A DNA stretch of 64,000 nt from a virus: positions 32,001-96,000 of the IMG/VR virus record IMGVR_UViG_3300027987_000382; one strand, written 5' to 3'. The notes under the pieces are model-generated. The model searched no databases. It saw only the letters and a program-made list of their open reading frames with translations, and was not told the DNA's origin. The translations under genes were made by a program, and so were the position numbers. Each line of letters begins with the position of its first letter. Position 1 is the first letter of the stretch. Below, piece after piece: positions 8,663-18,099 of the stretch.

Positions 8663-11519
8663 TGATCTGATTCCTTTTCAAAGTGAATGTTCCACGCATG
8701 TCGTCATAGTCAACACATGCCTGGATGCCCGTCCCAACAAGTAGAGTGCTCGCATCTTGCAGTGCCAGTTCATTGCTGAAAAGCAATAGCAAAGCGGTCT
8801 GGACGCCATCGCTGACGATCAGCCTCGCATATTCTTTCTTTGTCTTGGTCTCGGCGAATTGTAGCTCCGTGATCACCACTTCTAGCTTCGGATCACCGCC
8901 ATTCGCGGCGACCTCTTTCGCTTCTTCGATAGTGCAATCACCTTCGATGTCATAGACGTCCAACGGTGAATGCAGATAGTACCCAAGGTACTGTTTCTCG
9001 AACTCGAGCTTCTGCTCGAGGCTGAACGATTCATGGTCGAACAAAGCCATCACCCTCTCACGGGTGTCATCAGGCTTTGGTGTCCAATTCTGAATCTTAT
9101 TCGGGATCTTGCGACGATTGGGGAACTGAGCCTTGTACTCGGCAGTCTGTCGCTTACGTTCCTCTTCGATCGTCTCATCGTTCCAATCGTCCTGGTCAAG
9201 CAGCTTCTGCCGAACCTCTTGGCGGATCTGTGTGATGTCCTTCCCGCTGCAATACTTGTACTGGTACCACATCCAAGTGGCATAGCTATTCTCATGTCCC
9301 GGCACCGAAGAAAAGGCACCAAGCTTGATGAACCGCTCCATCACAGTCTTGCTCTTAGCACCCTTCTTTTCGATGAACTCGTCGATGTCTGTGAATGATC
9401 CGCGACCAACAAACTTATCAGCTGCCGCTTCACCGATCCCTTTGATGCCGATCATCCCCTGGTTGACTTTGTCACCAGTCGCCGTGAAGTTCGTCGTCAA
9501 GTTCGTGATGTTGATTGTGTCGAACACGACTCCCTTAGCCCGTTCTTCTGGTCTGAAAGTTCCACAGTATGTGATGTCTGTCGGTTCCCATTTCTCGGCT
9601 CTAGCGATGCCCATGTAACGGACGAGCTTGTCTGGATGGCAGTCGCTCATCACCGCTGCCCACCACTCTGGTGCGAAGTGAGCCTTCAACCACAAGCATC
9701 TCAGAGCCACCAGACAATAAGACACAGCATGTGACCGGTTGAATGCGTAGCGTCCGAACGTCTCCATCTTCGGCCACCACTCGGCCGCCTCTTTGTCGCC
9801 GATAACACGGGACGCACCAATCAGCCATTGCTCTCTGATCGGTTTCAGTTTGTGTGTCCACTTCTTGGCAACAGCTTTTCTAGCTTCTTGTGCCTGCGGA
9901 GCCGTGAAACCAGCGATCAGCTGCCAAATTGCCTGGAGCTGCTCCTGATAGACGATCACGCCGTACGTCGACTCCAGAACCCGAAGGATGTCTGGGTGCA
10001 GCCGCTTCTTCCAGCTGGCGGTTGGATCATCGCGGTTCTCAACAGCCTCTGGGATCGACGCCATCGGACCAGGGTGCCCCATGGCGTTGAAAAGCATCAA
10101 GTCTTCGAAATTCCTAACGCCATTCGCCAGAATACTCTTGGCCAGATCGGTGTCGAACTGGAACACCCCATCAGTCTTTTGCTCGTTTGCGAGCCTGAGT
10201 GCATGCACGTCATTGAGTTCAATGAACCGTTTCTTCCTATCGGCATCGTAGAAATGCCCGGCCCTATTTTGTGTCGGATCGATGTCGTCCCAACCGCTCA
10301 TAATTGGCGGCAAGTCTTGGCCGTGCTGTGATTGTTCTGCCCTTGGCTTGCCAAACGAGATGCCGCGATTCTGTTCAATGAGTCTGCAGCACTCGAAAAT
10401 ATACTTGAGCGTCTTGAGTCCCAGGATATCCCACTTGATGTAGCCGAACTTGGAGAGCTGCGTGTTGCGGCCTTCGGACCACATGCTCACCCAGTAACCC
10501 TTGCTTCCACTTTTGGCTAACGGGATGTTGCCGAACAGGGTGCGATCGGCGATAATCAGAGCCCCAGCGTGCATACCCATGTTACGCACACGGCCGATGA
10601 TCTGCACGGCGTAGCTGACTTCTTGCGGATATTTCCTAGCGAAGGCACGAAGCTGTTCGTGTTCCTTTAATAATTTGCCAATTGTAGGGCTGTCGGTAGC
10701 AGTACCGCCGCTACTATCCTTCTTCTGTTGCTTCGATCCGCCATGATGTTGTTTATCCTCGTAATCTCCTTCGCCGCCGCCGGGCGGCTGCCGCTGAAGT
10801 GCCAGATATTTCTCTGTTGGAGAGCATTTTGGACAACTCCAATTGGTGTGTACGTGGCCGCACTCTTTCTCTTCGCCTGTTTGTGCGTCCTTGATCCGCT
10901 CTTTGCAGGCCGCAGCTCCGCCGTCCTTCAATTCGTCGACGTCGTCCGGCAGACTTGTCGTTAGTTCGTAAACCTCGGCACGTCGCCGCTTCTTGTCCTC
11001 TTCATCGGCGGCCGTCGCTTGCATCGTGTCAATCAGAGCAGAACGGAACTTGTAAGTCTGCCAAGTACCGACTGAGCACACGGGGCCGTAGCCGTCCGTA
11101 ATGTTCATGCCGTATTTCTTGGCGGCATATTCCTTGATCGGATCACGAGCCTCTGGCAAACAGTCGAGGTCGATGTCTGGCATGTCCGGGTCTTTGACGA
11201 AGTCGCACGGCACGTGGCCTTTGTCGGCCTTGTACTTCATGACTTCGGACGCTCGGACTGTACAGAGCATCTCGTCTTTGCGGTTGGCGATTGGGTCGCC
11301 TTCGACCATCCCTAGCAGCCACGGCAGAACCAAGCAGCCTGGGTTTTTGTCGAATTTCTTGCCGTCGTTGTAGAGATTGATCCAGTAGGTTGTGGCACCT
11401 TGTTTCTCAATCTCTCGTTGCTCGAATGTCAAGCGGTTTTGATAGGTGCCATTCAAGCCACGCTGGTCAAGCTCCTCGTGAGCGAGGGTTTTCAGCTCTT
11501 CCCAAGTGACTTCAGCCAT
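8583..11519 (-). CDS. dnaE: DNA polymerase III alpha, C-terminal (catalytic) part
   Basis: MPDIDLD palm, HAGALII, KWDILGL, GVFQF, VYQEQ, YAFNRSHA, GIKGIG HhH, LEFEKQYLGYY, OB fold. Confidence 0.92.
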   Translation of the reverse strand: MAEVTWEELKTLAHEELDQRGLNGTYQNRLTFEQREIEKQGATTYWINLYNDGKKFDKNPGCLVLPWLLGMVEGDPIANRKDEMLCTVRASEVMKYKADKGHVPCDFVKDPDMPDIDLDCLPEARDPIKEYAAKKYGMNITDGYGPVCSVGTWQTYKFRSALIDTMQATAADEEDKKRRRAEVYELTTSLPDDVDELKDGGAAACKERIKDAQTGEEKECGHVHTNWSCPKCSPTEKYLALQRQPPGGGEGDYEDKQHHGGSKQQKKDSSGGTATDSPTIGKLLKEHEQLRAFARKYPQEVSYAVQIIGRVRNMGMHAGALIIADRTLFGNIPLAKSGSKGYWVSMWSEGRNTQLSKFGYIKWDILGLKTLKYIFECCRLIEQNRGISFGKPRAEQSQHGQDLPPIMSGWDDIDPTQNRAGHFYDADRKKRFIELNDVHALRLANEQKTDGVFQFDTDLAKSILANGVRNFEDLMLFNAMGHPGPMASIPEAVENRDDPTASWKKRLHPDILRVLESTYGVIVYQEQLQAIWQLIAGFTAPQAQEARKAVAKKWTHKLKPIREQWLIGASRVIGDKEAAEWWPKMETFGRYAFNRSHAVSYCLVALRCLWLKAHFAPEWWAAVMSDCHPDKLVRYMGIARAEKWEPTDITYCGTFRPEERAKGVVFDTINITNLTTNFTATGDKVNQGMIGIKGIGEAAADKFVGRGSFTDIDEFIEKKGAKSKTVMERFIKLGAFSSVPGHENSYATWMWYQYKYCSGKDITQIRQEVRQKLLDQDDWNDETIEEERKRQTAEYKAQFPNRRKIPNKIQNWTPKPDDTRERVMALFDHESFSLEQKLEFEKQYLGYYLHSPLDVYDIEGDCTIEEAKEVAANGGDPKLEVVITELQFAETKTKKEYARLIVSDGVQTALLLLFSNELALQDASTLLVGTGIQACVDYDDMRGTFTLKRNQIIVKLLPRDWRERQRKAAGIPLSDDEG

Positions 11520-12115
11520 TCCTGGTATTCCTCAAGCTTCTCTGGATGCTTGCTTTTGACATGCAGTGTTCTACCCGGTGTGCTATTTATCGAATGATCA
11601 CAGTACGGACAAAATAATGATGGTTTGTTGGCCTCCGTGACCTTCTTGTCACGATCTGCTTTGGTCAGCTTTTTCTTGACCGGTTCTGGCTTATCGGTAA
11701 ATTCGACTTTCGGTGTGCCATCTTCGTTGTAAAGTGCGTCGACTGAGTCCCAGTCAATCACCCACGGCTGAATGGCATAATACTTCCCATCGCGGTGTTC
11801 TACGGTCGCGAAGTAGACAAAGCATTGCTTTTCGAAAGCTTTATCCAGGATCTCTTTGTGTTCCTTCCTGTTCCGAACTCGATGTGTTGACACAACACGT
11901 GACGGCGGCTTGACAATGAGCAATGCAATGCTCGAATAATCGATACCCTTGGTTCTCTTCGAACCCGATTCAGAGATGAACTGAGCGGCGTCATCGAGCG
12001 AATACGACTCATCCTCTATCAGGTACTCGTCTCCAGTGCGTGTCACGGTGACTCCACGCACTATCTTGGACTTCCCATTACGGAGTTTCAGAAGTTGGTC
12101 CTGGATGGAGGCCAT
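11492..12115 (-). CDS. hypothetical protein with C-terminal C2H2 zinc finger
   Basis: CPYC-x12-HVKSKH. Confidence 0.65.
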   Translation of the reverse strand: MASIQDQLLKLRNGKSKIVRGVTVTRTGDEYLIEDESYSLDDAAQFISESGSKRTKGIDYSSIALLIVKPPSRVVSTHRVRNRKEHKEILDKAFEKQCFVYFATVEHRDGKYYAIQPWVIDWDSVDALYNEDGTPKVEFTDKPEPVKKKLTKADRDKKVTEANKPSLFCPYCDHSINSTPGRTLHVKSKHPEKLEEYQEWLKSLGKS

Positions 12116-12116
12116 T

Positions 12117-12791
12117 TCAAGCACCGCGAGTCAAACAGTTGATGCCCCAGCGATAATCAAATTCATTCAGTATCTTAGCGATTTTCTGCAGGTACACGTT
12201 CGGGCTTTTGTGCATCCAGCTATGAATCTCCAACAGCAGATACGGTTTGAATTTGGCCAAGATTCCTCTGGCACCCTCTAGAATCATTGCTTCCGCACCT
12301 TCTGTGTCGATCTTGATAAAATCGACGCGGTCGAAATTGTAGCTGTCCAAACAACGAGACAGAGCACCGCCAGCAGCAACATAACACGAGTTGTTGCCTT
12401 GGTTGTCCGGATTATACTTCACCTCGAGCGATACGCCATCTCTGTCCCACAAAGGAACATTGTAAACTTCGACGTTCTTGTACCCGTTCAAGGCGACATT
12501 ATGTTGCAGCATCGCAGCTGTTCTTGGTGCCGCTTCAAAAGCGTGAATCTTAGCAACAAATGGAGACAAAAACATTGAATAAATGCCGATGTGGGCACCA
12601 CAGTCTAGCACCACGGAATCCGGCGTCAAGATGTTTCTGGCCATTCTGAGCATTGAAGCTTCTGGCCACCATCCGTTTCGAAGTTGATCGCTGACGTTAT
12701 CGGTCTCAAATATCATCATCCAGTGCGGCACGCGTTTTCCATCTCTGTCCATATAGACGATCGGAACATTGTTGATTTCATGGTGCAGCAT
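12117..12791 (-). CDS. FkbM-family methyltransferase
   Basis: VLDCGAHIG, IHAFEA, FIKIDTEGAE. Confidence 0.88.
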   Translation of the reverse strand: MLHHEINNVPIVYMDRDGKRVPHWMMIFETDNVSDQLRNGWWPEASMLRMARNILTPDSVVLDCGAHIGIYSMFLSPFVAKIHAFEAAPRTAAMLQHNVALNGYKNVEVYNVPLWDRDGVSLEVKYNPDNQGNNSCYVAAGGALSRCLDSYNFDRVDFIKIDTEGAEAMILEGARGILAKFKPYLLLEIHSWMHKSPNVYLQKIAKILNEFDYRWGINCLTRGA

Positions 12792-13284
12792 CGTTTAATC
12801 CAGTTGTTCCAGAGTCGAAATGTTCCTGCGATTCCAACGCTCGATTGGCAAGTTCCTTGGCTCGCACGATGCATTCAGCAAGAACCCCGACATCAGATCG
12901 GTCAGTGTATCGATTGTAACGATATACCGCAATGTCTTTGTAGTATCCATACCATCTTCTCAGCTCTTCAACCTCCTGCTTGTTTTTAGACGGGCTGACA
13001 ACAAAATGCTGGCCATCCATCTTCAGCAGATCATCAACGTATCTGCTGGAAATGAAGAGTCTGGCAGTGTAGCCTCGAAACTGTGGCAACACACTGCTCA
13101 GAGCAAGCCTTGCGGCCATTATTTCGGCAAGATTAGCCGTAGATCCGCCTAGAGCCCACCCGAATTCTCTAGTTTGCACCCGCTTATGGCTGTCGGTCAG
13201 TCTGACAATCACACCACATCCAGCCAACTGAGTTGGCTTGCCGTTGTCACGACTCGCCGCAGCACAAACTAGATCGAGCCTCAT
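12778..13284 (-). CDS. RNase HI-fold protein, catalytically degenerate
   Basis: AGCGVI, TANLAEIMA, ISSRYV, RAKELANRA; three of four acidic residues absent. Confidence 0.6.
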   Translation of the reverse strand: MRLDLVCAAASRDNGKPTQLAGCGVIVRLTDSHKRVQTREFGWALGGSTANLAEIMAARLALSSVLPQFRGYTARLFISSRYVDDLLKMDGQHFVVSPSKNKQEVEELRRWYGYYKDIAVYRYNRYTDRSDVGVLAECIVRAKELANRALESQEHFDSGTTGLNDAAP

Positions 13285-13826
13285 AGCACATTGCCACGTG
13301 CATCCCGAATATCAGGATATTTCGCTTTAGTAACAGACGCAAGGGCACGGAGAGCATCGGCCATCGATTTGAGGACCGTATTTTTCGCAGCGATTTGGTC
13401 ATCAGTGCTGCGATTCTTGCCGAGCACCACTAGGATCTCATCGCCCTTCTGGCGAACACTGAGCGGGAATCTCTCACCACGCTGGACAGCACGGGCGGCC
13501 CTGTCATCAACGGACCGCTGGATATGCATCGCAATCGCCTCGACGATACTGAAAGCAAGAATTTTCAGCTCACCGTCGATATTCTGCAGAGCTTCCGGCG
13601 TGTAGATGAGTTCCTTGTCCGGATCGTCGTAGTCAGGAACAAAATCGAGTACCTTCGCCAAGAAGACAGCCAACTGTTGAGTGGGGCCGTTCATGATCAT
13701 CATGTGCAGATGCACCGAATGACGAAGTTCGTCCCTGGCTGTTGGTTTCTCTTTGTACACAAGCGGTGAGGTCGGCATACCGCCGACTGGTGTTGGTTCT
13801 TGCTCTTGGATTTCTGCTTCACTCAT
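13281..13826 (-). CDS. hypothetical protein
   Basis: ORF packed in operon; likely start MSEAEIQ with GGAG SD. Confidence 0.55.
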   Translation of the reverse strand: MSEAEIQEQEPTPVGGMPTSPLVYKEKPTARDELRHSVHLHMMIMNGPTQQLAVFLAKVLDFVPDYDDPDKELIYTPEALQNIDGELKILAFSIVEAIAMHIQRSVDDRAARAVQRGERFPLSVRQKGDEILVVLGKNRSTDDQIAAKNTVLKSMADALRALASVTKAKYPDIRDARGNVL

Positions 13827-14118
13827 TAAACAACTCCGGTGAGCATCGTGGACAATCGAAATCGTGAAGGCACCCGCCACCCGGTCTGCACTGTAACGGA
13901 CCACCGCAATCAGAGCAGGTTGGTTCTGGATAGCGATCAAAGATCAGCCAGTCAGACGGCACAGTCTCATCGAAGCCAGTGACGGCTTTTTCTGGGCTGT
14001 CAACCTGCTCGTTCCAAATGACCCTGGCCTCTTTCCCGTCATTGCTCATGACCATGACGTTGCGGACCTGACCATCAGGCCACTTACAGAGTGCTTCACA
14101 ATCGTATTTATTCGTCAA
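13819..14118 (-). CDS. hypothetical protein with C-terminal Zn ribbon
   Basis: CSDC...CPRC; overlaps neighbours by a few nt. Confidence 0.55.
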   Translation of the reverse strand: MTNKYDCEALCKWPDGQVRNVMVMSNDGKEARVIWNEQVDSPEKAVTGFDETVPSDWLIFDRYPEPTCSDCGGPLQCRPGGGCLHDFDCPRCSPELFNE

Positions 14119-15539
14119 TTGATCGGCTCCGGCATTTTGACATTCAACATGTACCCGCCACGGCTCGGCGACAGGAATCTGTCAAATGAAAGTTCCCACA
14201 ACATGGGATCTAACACATGGATACCAAGCAAGAAACAAACCAACGAACCTCCAGCACTACCGCGAGGGCTAAATGGCCAGCCTCGCTTCTTCCCGTACCC
14301 CACCAAATCGCGAGTGATCAAGAAGTAACTGGCAAATCCTTTGTCGATGAACCGATTCAATTCGATTTTGGCCTGATCGACGTAAGTGACCTCGTTGCCG
14401 TCGATAATAAACCTCTTATCGACCTTTGTCAAGCCACGACTGTGCAATTCAGCCGCGACCAGCTTCTTGAGTTCATCGTCGGCATTCTGAATGTCCGGAA
14501 TTTTGGGCGATGTGTCGACGTCGAAAGGTTGGCACTTTTCTGCCACCATTAAAGTGTTGTCGCACATTCGCTCGAAGACGCCGTCGTCGAGGCCCCTGTC
14601 GTATCCGCCATTCTTGAATCTAGCCCACAACTCAGCACGCGACTTCATGTACTGCTCATCGCTGTTCACATGGAACAGATCAGGCGAATCGATCGTCGTA
14701 TCTTGTGCTACAGCCATCATGATCTTCTGCAGGATGAAATCCTTGCGGCGGAGATAATGGCAGTCGTTCGCCAGCACGATAGGGATTTTATACTGGTCGG
14801 CAATCATCACCAACCAGCGGAATACCTTCTCGTCTTCCGGGATGCCCGGCATCTGAAGTTCGATATAGTAGTCGTCTCCGAAAGCCGCTTTGAATTTCTT
14901 GACCCAATCGACAGCCGACTGGAATCGTTCCTCCTTAGTCCTCTCGCTGATCACGTTTCCTTCACGGTCCGTCAATTCCTTGTATCGAAGCTCGTGACAC
15001 ACCGGTCCGTTAAGGCAGCCGGATAGGATGATCAGACCCTCTTTGTATTCGCACAGTTTATCGAACCAAATGCGGTTGAACTGCATTCGGCCGAGACCGA
15101 ACAAACCAGTTTCGTACGCCTGAGTCGTCAACTTGACCAGATTGTGGAATCCAGTCTCATTCTTGCAGAGGACAGTGAGATGACGATTGCGGAACATTCG
15201 TGCCGCTAGTTCTTGGTTTTGCTGCCGCCATTCGAACGATCGGATCTTGATGCCTCGAGAGATGAGGTCTTTCCTGGCAGGCTCGTAGTCGTTGAAGTAA
15301 ATCTCGCATCCGGGGATGTACTTAACCCCAGCTTTCTTGAAGGCGAGATACATATCTGGCACGCTTGCCATGTGGCCGTGCTCTGTGGCACTCATTGCCG
15401 GATAGCCGCGTGCGACGCATTGCTCAGCATACTGTTCTGGTGTCGCTACTCCATCGAGAGCCGAAAAGACCGTATGGTTGTGAAGATGGACGAATTCCTT
15501 CGGTCCTTTATAGTTTTCCGGCTTGAATGTCATCAACAT
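14115..15539 (-). CDS. dnaE: DNA polymerase III alpha, N-terminal part (PHP domain)
   Basis: FVHLHNHTVFSALDG, TEHG, GCEIY, LSGCLNG, NDCHY, RGSAGGSLV, FDRFL. Confidence 0.92.
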   Translation of the reverse strand: MLMTFKPENYKGPKEFVHLHNHTVFSALDGVATPEQYAEQCVARGYPAMSATEHGHMASVPDMYLAFKKAGVKYIPGCEIYFNDYEPARKDLISRGIKIRSFEWRQQNQELAARMFRNRHLTVLCKNETGFHNLVKLTTQAYETGLFGLGRMQFNRIWFDKLCEYKEGLIILSGCLNGPVCHELRYKELTDREGNVISERTKEERFQSAVDWVKKFKAAFGDDYYIELQMPGIPEDEKVFRWLVMIADQYKIPIVLANDCHYLRRKDFILQKIMMAVAQDTTIDSPDLFHVNSDEQYMKSRAELWARFKNGGYDRGLDDGVFERMCDNTLMVAEKCQPFDVDTSPKIPDIQNADDELKKLVAAELHSRGLTKVDKRFIIDGNEVTYVDQAKIELNRFIDKGFASYFLITRDLVGYGKKRGWPFSPRGSAGGSLVCFLLGIHVLDPMLWELSFDRFLSPSRGGYMLNVKMPEPIN

Positions 15540-16188
15540 TCCTCATGATGTCTACTGGCACATTTTGGTATGGCGGAATGTCGCTCCTCAGAAGACCCCC
15601 AACGACACGTTGACAGAGAAGCTGGTCTGTTTCTGGCACTTCTGGGTAATGGGGATCTATGGCAGTTCTCCCCATCCTCGCGATTAGTCGTTCAAATACA
15701 GCCGCTTCACTCGGGTTCTGGAGGCTGCAGACCTTCCACAAACGGCACAAATGATTGTAGAAAACTTCGTCACCAAGTTTTTCTCGCAGCCGATCGAAAT
15801 TTTCTCTGATCGATTGTGCCTGTATCGGCAATTTAGATGGATCGAGCATTTCAATCCAATAATTCCGTCTGTACTCGCCCGCTATCTCCGTCTCAAAAAC
15901 GTGCTTGATCGTCTGGCGGCAGGCTTGAGCACAAATACGTACGACATCCTGGGCACGGTAGGAGCAATTCAGACCAGTTGCAAAAGCGACAGCCATATCG
16001 CACACGGTACGATACGAATAGCGATGACCAGTTTTGGCCTGGAACCAGCTGTCGAGATTCGGAACGGTTTGCCTATGCAATCGCTCATCGTAAAGAGCCG
16101 GAAGTCCAGGTCCCATTCGCAGGTACCACAACTCGGTCCTTAACTGAAATGCAACCGTATCACCGTTTGCATACTTGATGGTGAGCAT
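15508..16188 (-). CDS. hypothetical protein
   Basis: long ORF coupled to dnaE-N; start uncertain. Confidence 0.55.
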   Translation of the reverse strand: MLTIKYANGDTVAFQLRTELWYLRMGPGLPALYDERLHRQTVPNLDSWFQAKTGHRYSYRTVCDMAVAFATGLNCSYRAQDVVRICAQACRQTIKHVFETEIAGEYRRNYWIEMLDPSKLPIQAQSIRENFDRLREKLGDEVFYNHLCRLWKVCSLQNPSEAAVFERLIARMGRTAIDPHYPEVPETDQLLCQRVVGGLLRSDIPPYQNVPVDIMRNVDDIQAGKL

Positions 16189-17155
16189 GTTTTTACAAGA
16201 CCGCAAAGACGTGGCCGTCATTGTGACGAACCACAATTATCTGCATTTCCTGGCTGATGCTTTATCTAGCATCAGAGACCAAATTCTGGCACCGACAGAA
16301 GTCGTCGTCGTCGATGACGCATCCGACGAGAGCTGCGAAGACCTTGTTCAACACTACGGATACCAATATATCAAGACTGAGTACGCCAACCCGCTTCTAG
16401 CAAGGCGAGCAGGATTCGAAGCAACCAAATCCGAATATGTCTGTTTCCTGGATGCCGACGATCGCCTACCATCATCTTATCTTGCACAAGCGATTCTGGC
16501 AGTCAACAATGGCATCGACATCGCCTTCTCCGACATCCAGCACTTTGGCGACAGAGACGACCGGATCAGATACCGTGAAGATATCCCGGCTAGAAGATTA
16601 TGGCAGGTGAACTTCCTTCACATCGGATGCGTTGTCAGCAGAATCGCTGTCGAACTTAGCGAAGCATTCTTAGGCCACCCCAACAGACAGAATTATCACG
16701 AAGACTGGCTGTTCTGGCGGAAAGTCGTCAGATACGGCTTCAAGTACGCCAAGCACAGCGTTCCATACGAAGTGCGAGTGCATAGCGGGAACCGGTCTGC
16801 ATCAATCAGAGAAGGTGGATACATCGCCGAAAGAGCTGTCCGCGACCTCGAGGAAATATGGCATTTCCACACAAACAAAAACTCACTCGACTTCCTCAAA
16901 TTCTTGAATGCGGCAGCCAAGAAGTCAACCGGCGACTATGTCTGTTTGAGCAAGCACAGGAGTCCGATGGAATTCCCAACGTACGACTGGCACGCCATGG
17001 CGATGCATTTGGACCATGATGTCGCGGTGGTACATGACAGTAAGTATGAGTTGTTCGATCACACATTGATCGTGGGGCCGGTATTTCGCGACTACGTCTA
17101 CACCAGCCTCAAGCTTCCGTTCGATGCGAAAACAGAGAGAGTAGTCATAATATGA
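16187..17155 (+). CDS. glycosyltransferase family 2
   Basis: VVVDDASD, FLDADD, EDW. Confidence 0.85.
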   Translation: MFLQDRKDVAVIVTNHNYLHFLADALSSIRDQILAPTEVVVVDDASDESCEDLVQHYGYQYIKTEYANPLLARRAGFEATKSEYVCFLDADDRLPSSYLAQAILAVNNGIDIAFSDIQHFGDRDDRIRYREDIPARRLWQVNFLHIGCVVSRIAVELSEAFLGHPNRQNYHEDWLFWRKVVRYGFKYAKHSVPYEVRVHSGNRSASIREGGYIAERAVRDLEEIWHFHTNKNSLDFLKFLNAAAKKSTGDYVCLSKHRSPMEFPTYDWHAMAMHLDHDVAVVHDSKYELFDHTLIVGPVFRDYVYTSLKLPFDAKTERVVII

Positions 17156-18099
17156 ATCACATGGCGACCGTCATCACCCATAATCACATCGATCAAGCAT
17201 TGGCACTCCAGGCGTCGATGCATCGGCACGCCGACACCACAATGCATGTGCTGATCACCAATCCACATAGACAGAAACTACCAGCACTGCGAAAAGAACT
17301 CGGTAGTAACGTCGTCCTACACACGACAGAAGAATTGACTCAGGACCCAAATGTCGGAATCATCGCACGATTCATCGTGTCGAAATATTCATTCCTGTCG
17401 CTCGACGCGGTGCCAGAGCACATCAACCCAAACGACTACCTAAGATGGTCTCTCAAATCCGTATTTCTGCGGATGCTTTTCAATTCTGGCATAGAGAATA
17501 TCTTGTACTGTGACTGCGATCTTTTCTTCTACGAGGACTACACTTTCGTCGTAGACATTTTCAAAGAGAGCAGGATCATCTTATCACCACACTGGCGAGT
17601 AATCAGGCCGATCATCGACAATGATTTCAAGTTTAATTTCATACACGGCCTCTACAACGCCGGTTTTGTTGGGGTGAGGAGGGACGCCAGTGACATGCTC
17701 GAATGGTGGGGCGAAATGTGTGCCCATGAGTGCAGTGCTGACACTTCGATGCACGGCACATATGTCGACCAGAAATACCTCGACATCGTGCCTTTATACT
17801 TCGACGGCGTTCACATTCTCAAACACAAAGGCTGCAACGTAGCCGGGTGGAATCTGAAGCAATTGGAACGCAAGACTGTCGACAACAAAACGACGGTCAA
17901 CGGTGACCCTCTGATTTTCGTTCACTTCTCACCGGTCACAATCGCAAACATCGAAGGCGGTTTTGATCCAATGCTCCATGACGCATACAAGGCATACCAG
18001 GATGAACTGAAGACTCAACGGCTTTGGCTTATGAGAAAGCAAATGCCAGAATGCATTTCGCAACGGCAAGCCGAGGATGACAAGAAAACTGTGATTTAA
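17152..18099 (+). CDS. GT-A glycosyltransferase
   Basis: YCDCDL, GLYNAGF, DQKYLD, NVAGWN, FVHFS. Confidence 0.75.
   Translation: MNHMATVITHNHIDQALALQASMHRHADTTMHVLITNPHRQKLPALRKELGSNVVLHTTEELTQDPNVGIIARFIVSKYSFLSLDAVPEHINPNDYLRWSLKSVFLRMLFNSGIENILYCDCDLFFYEDYTFVVDIFKESRIILSPHWRVIRPIIDNDFKFNFIHGLYNAGFVGVRRDASDMLEWWGEMCAHECSADTSMHGTYVDQKYLDIVPLYFDGVHILKHKGCNVAGWNLKQLERKTVDNKTTVNGDPLIFVHFSPVTIANIEGGFDPMLHDAYKAYQDELKTQRLWLMRKQMPECISQRQAEDDKKTVI

Noticed and set aside
11400-14200. Split intein in dnaE
   Set aside because: No Cys-initiated N-intein block at the end of the N-half and no HN/C block at the start of the C-half.
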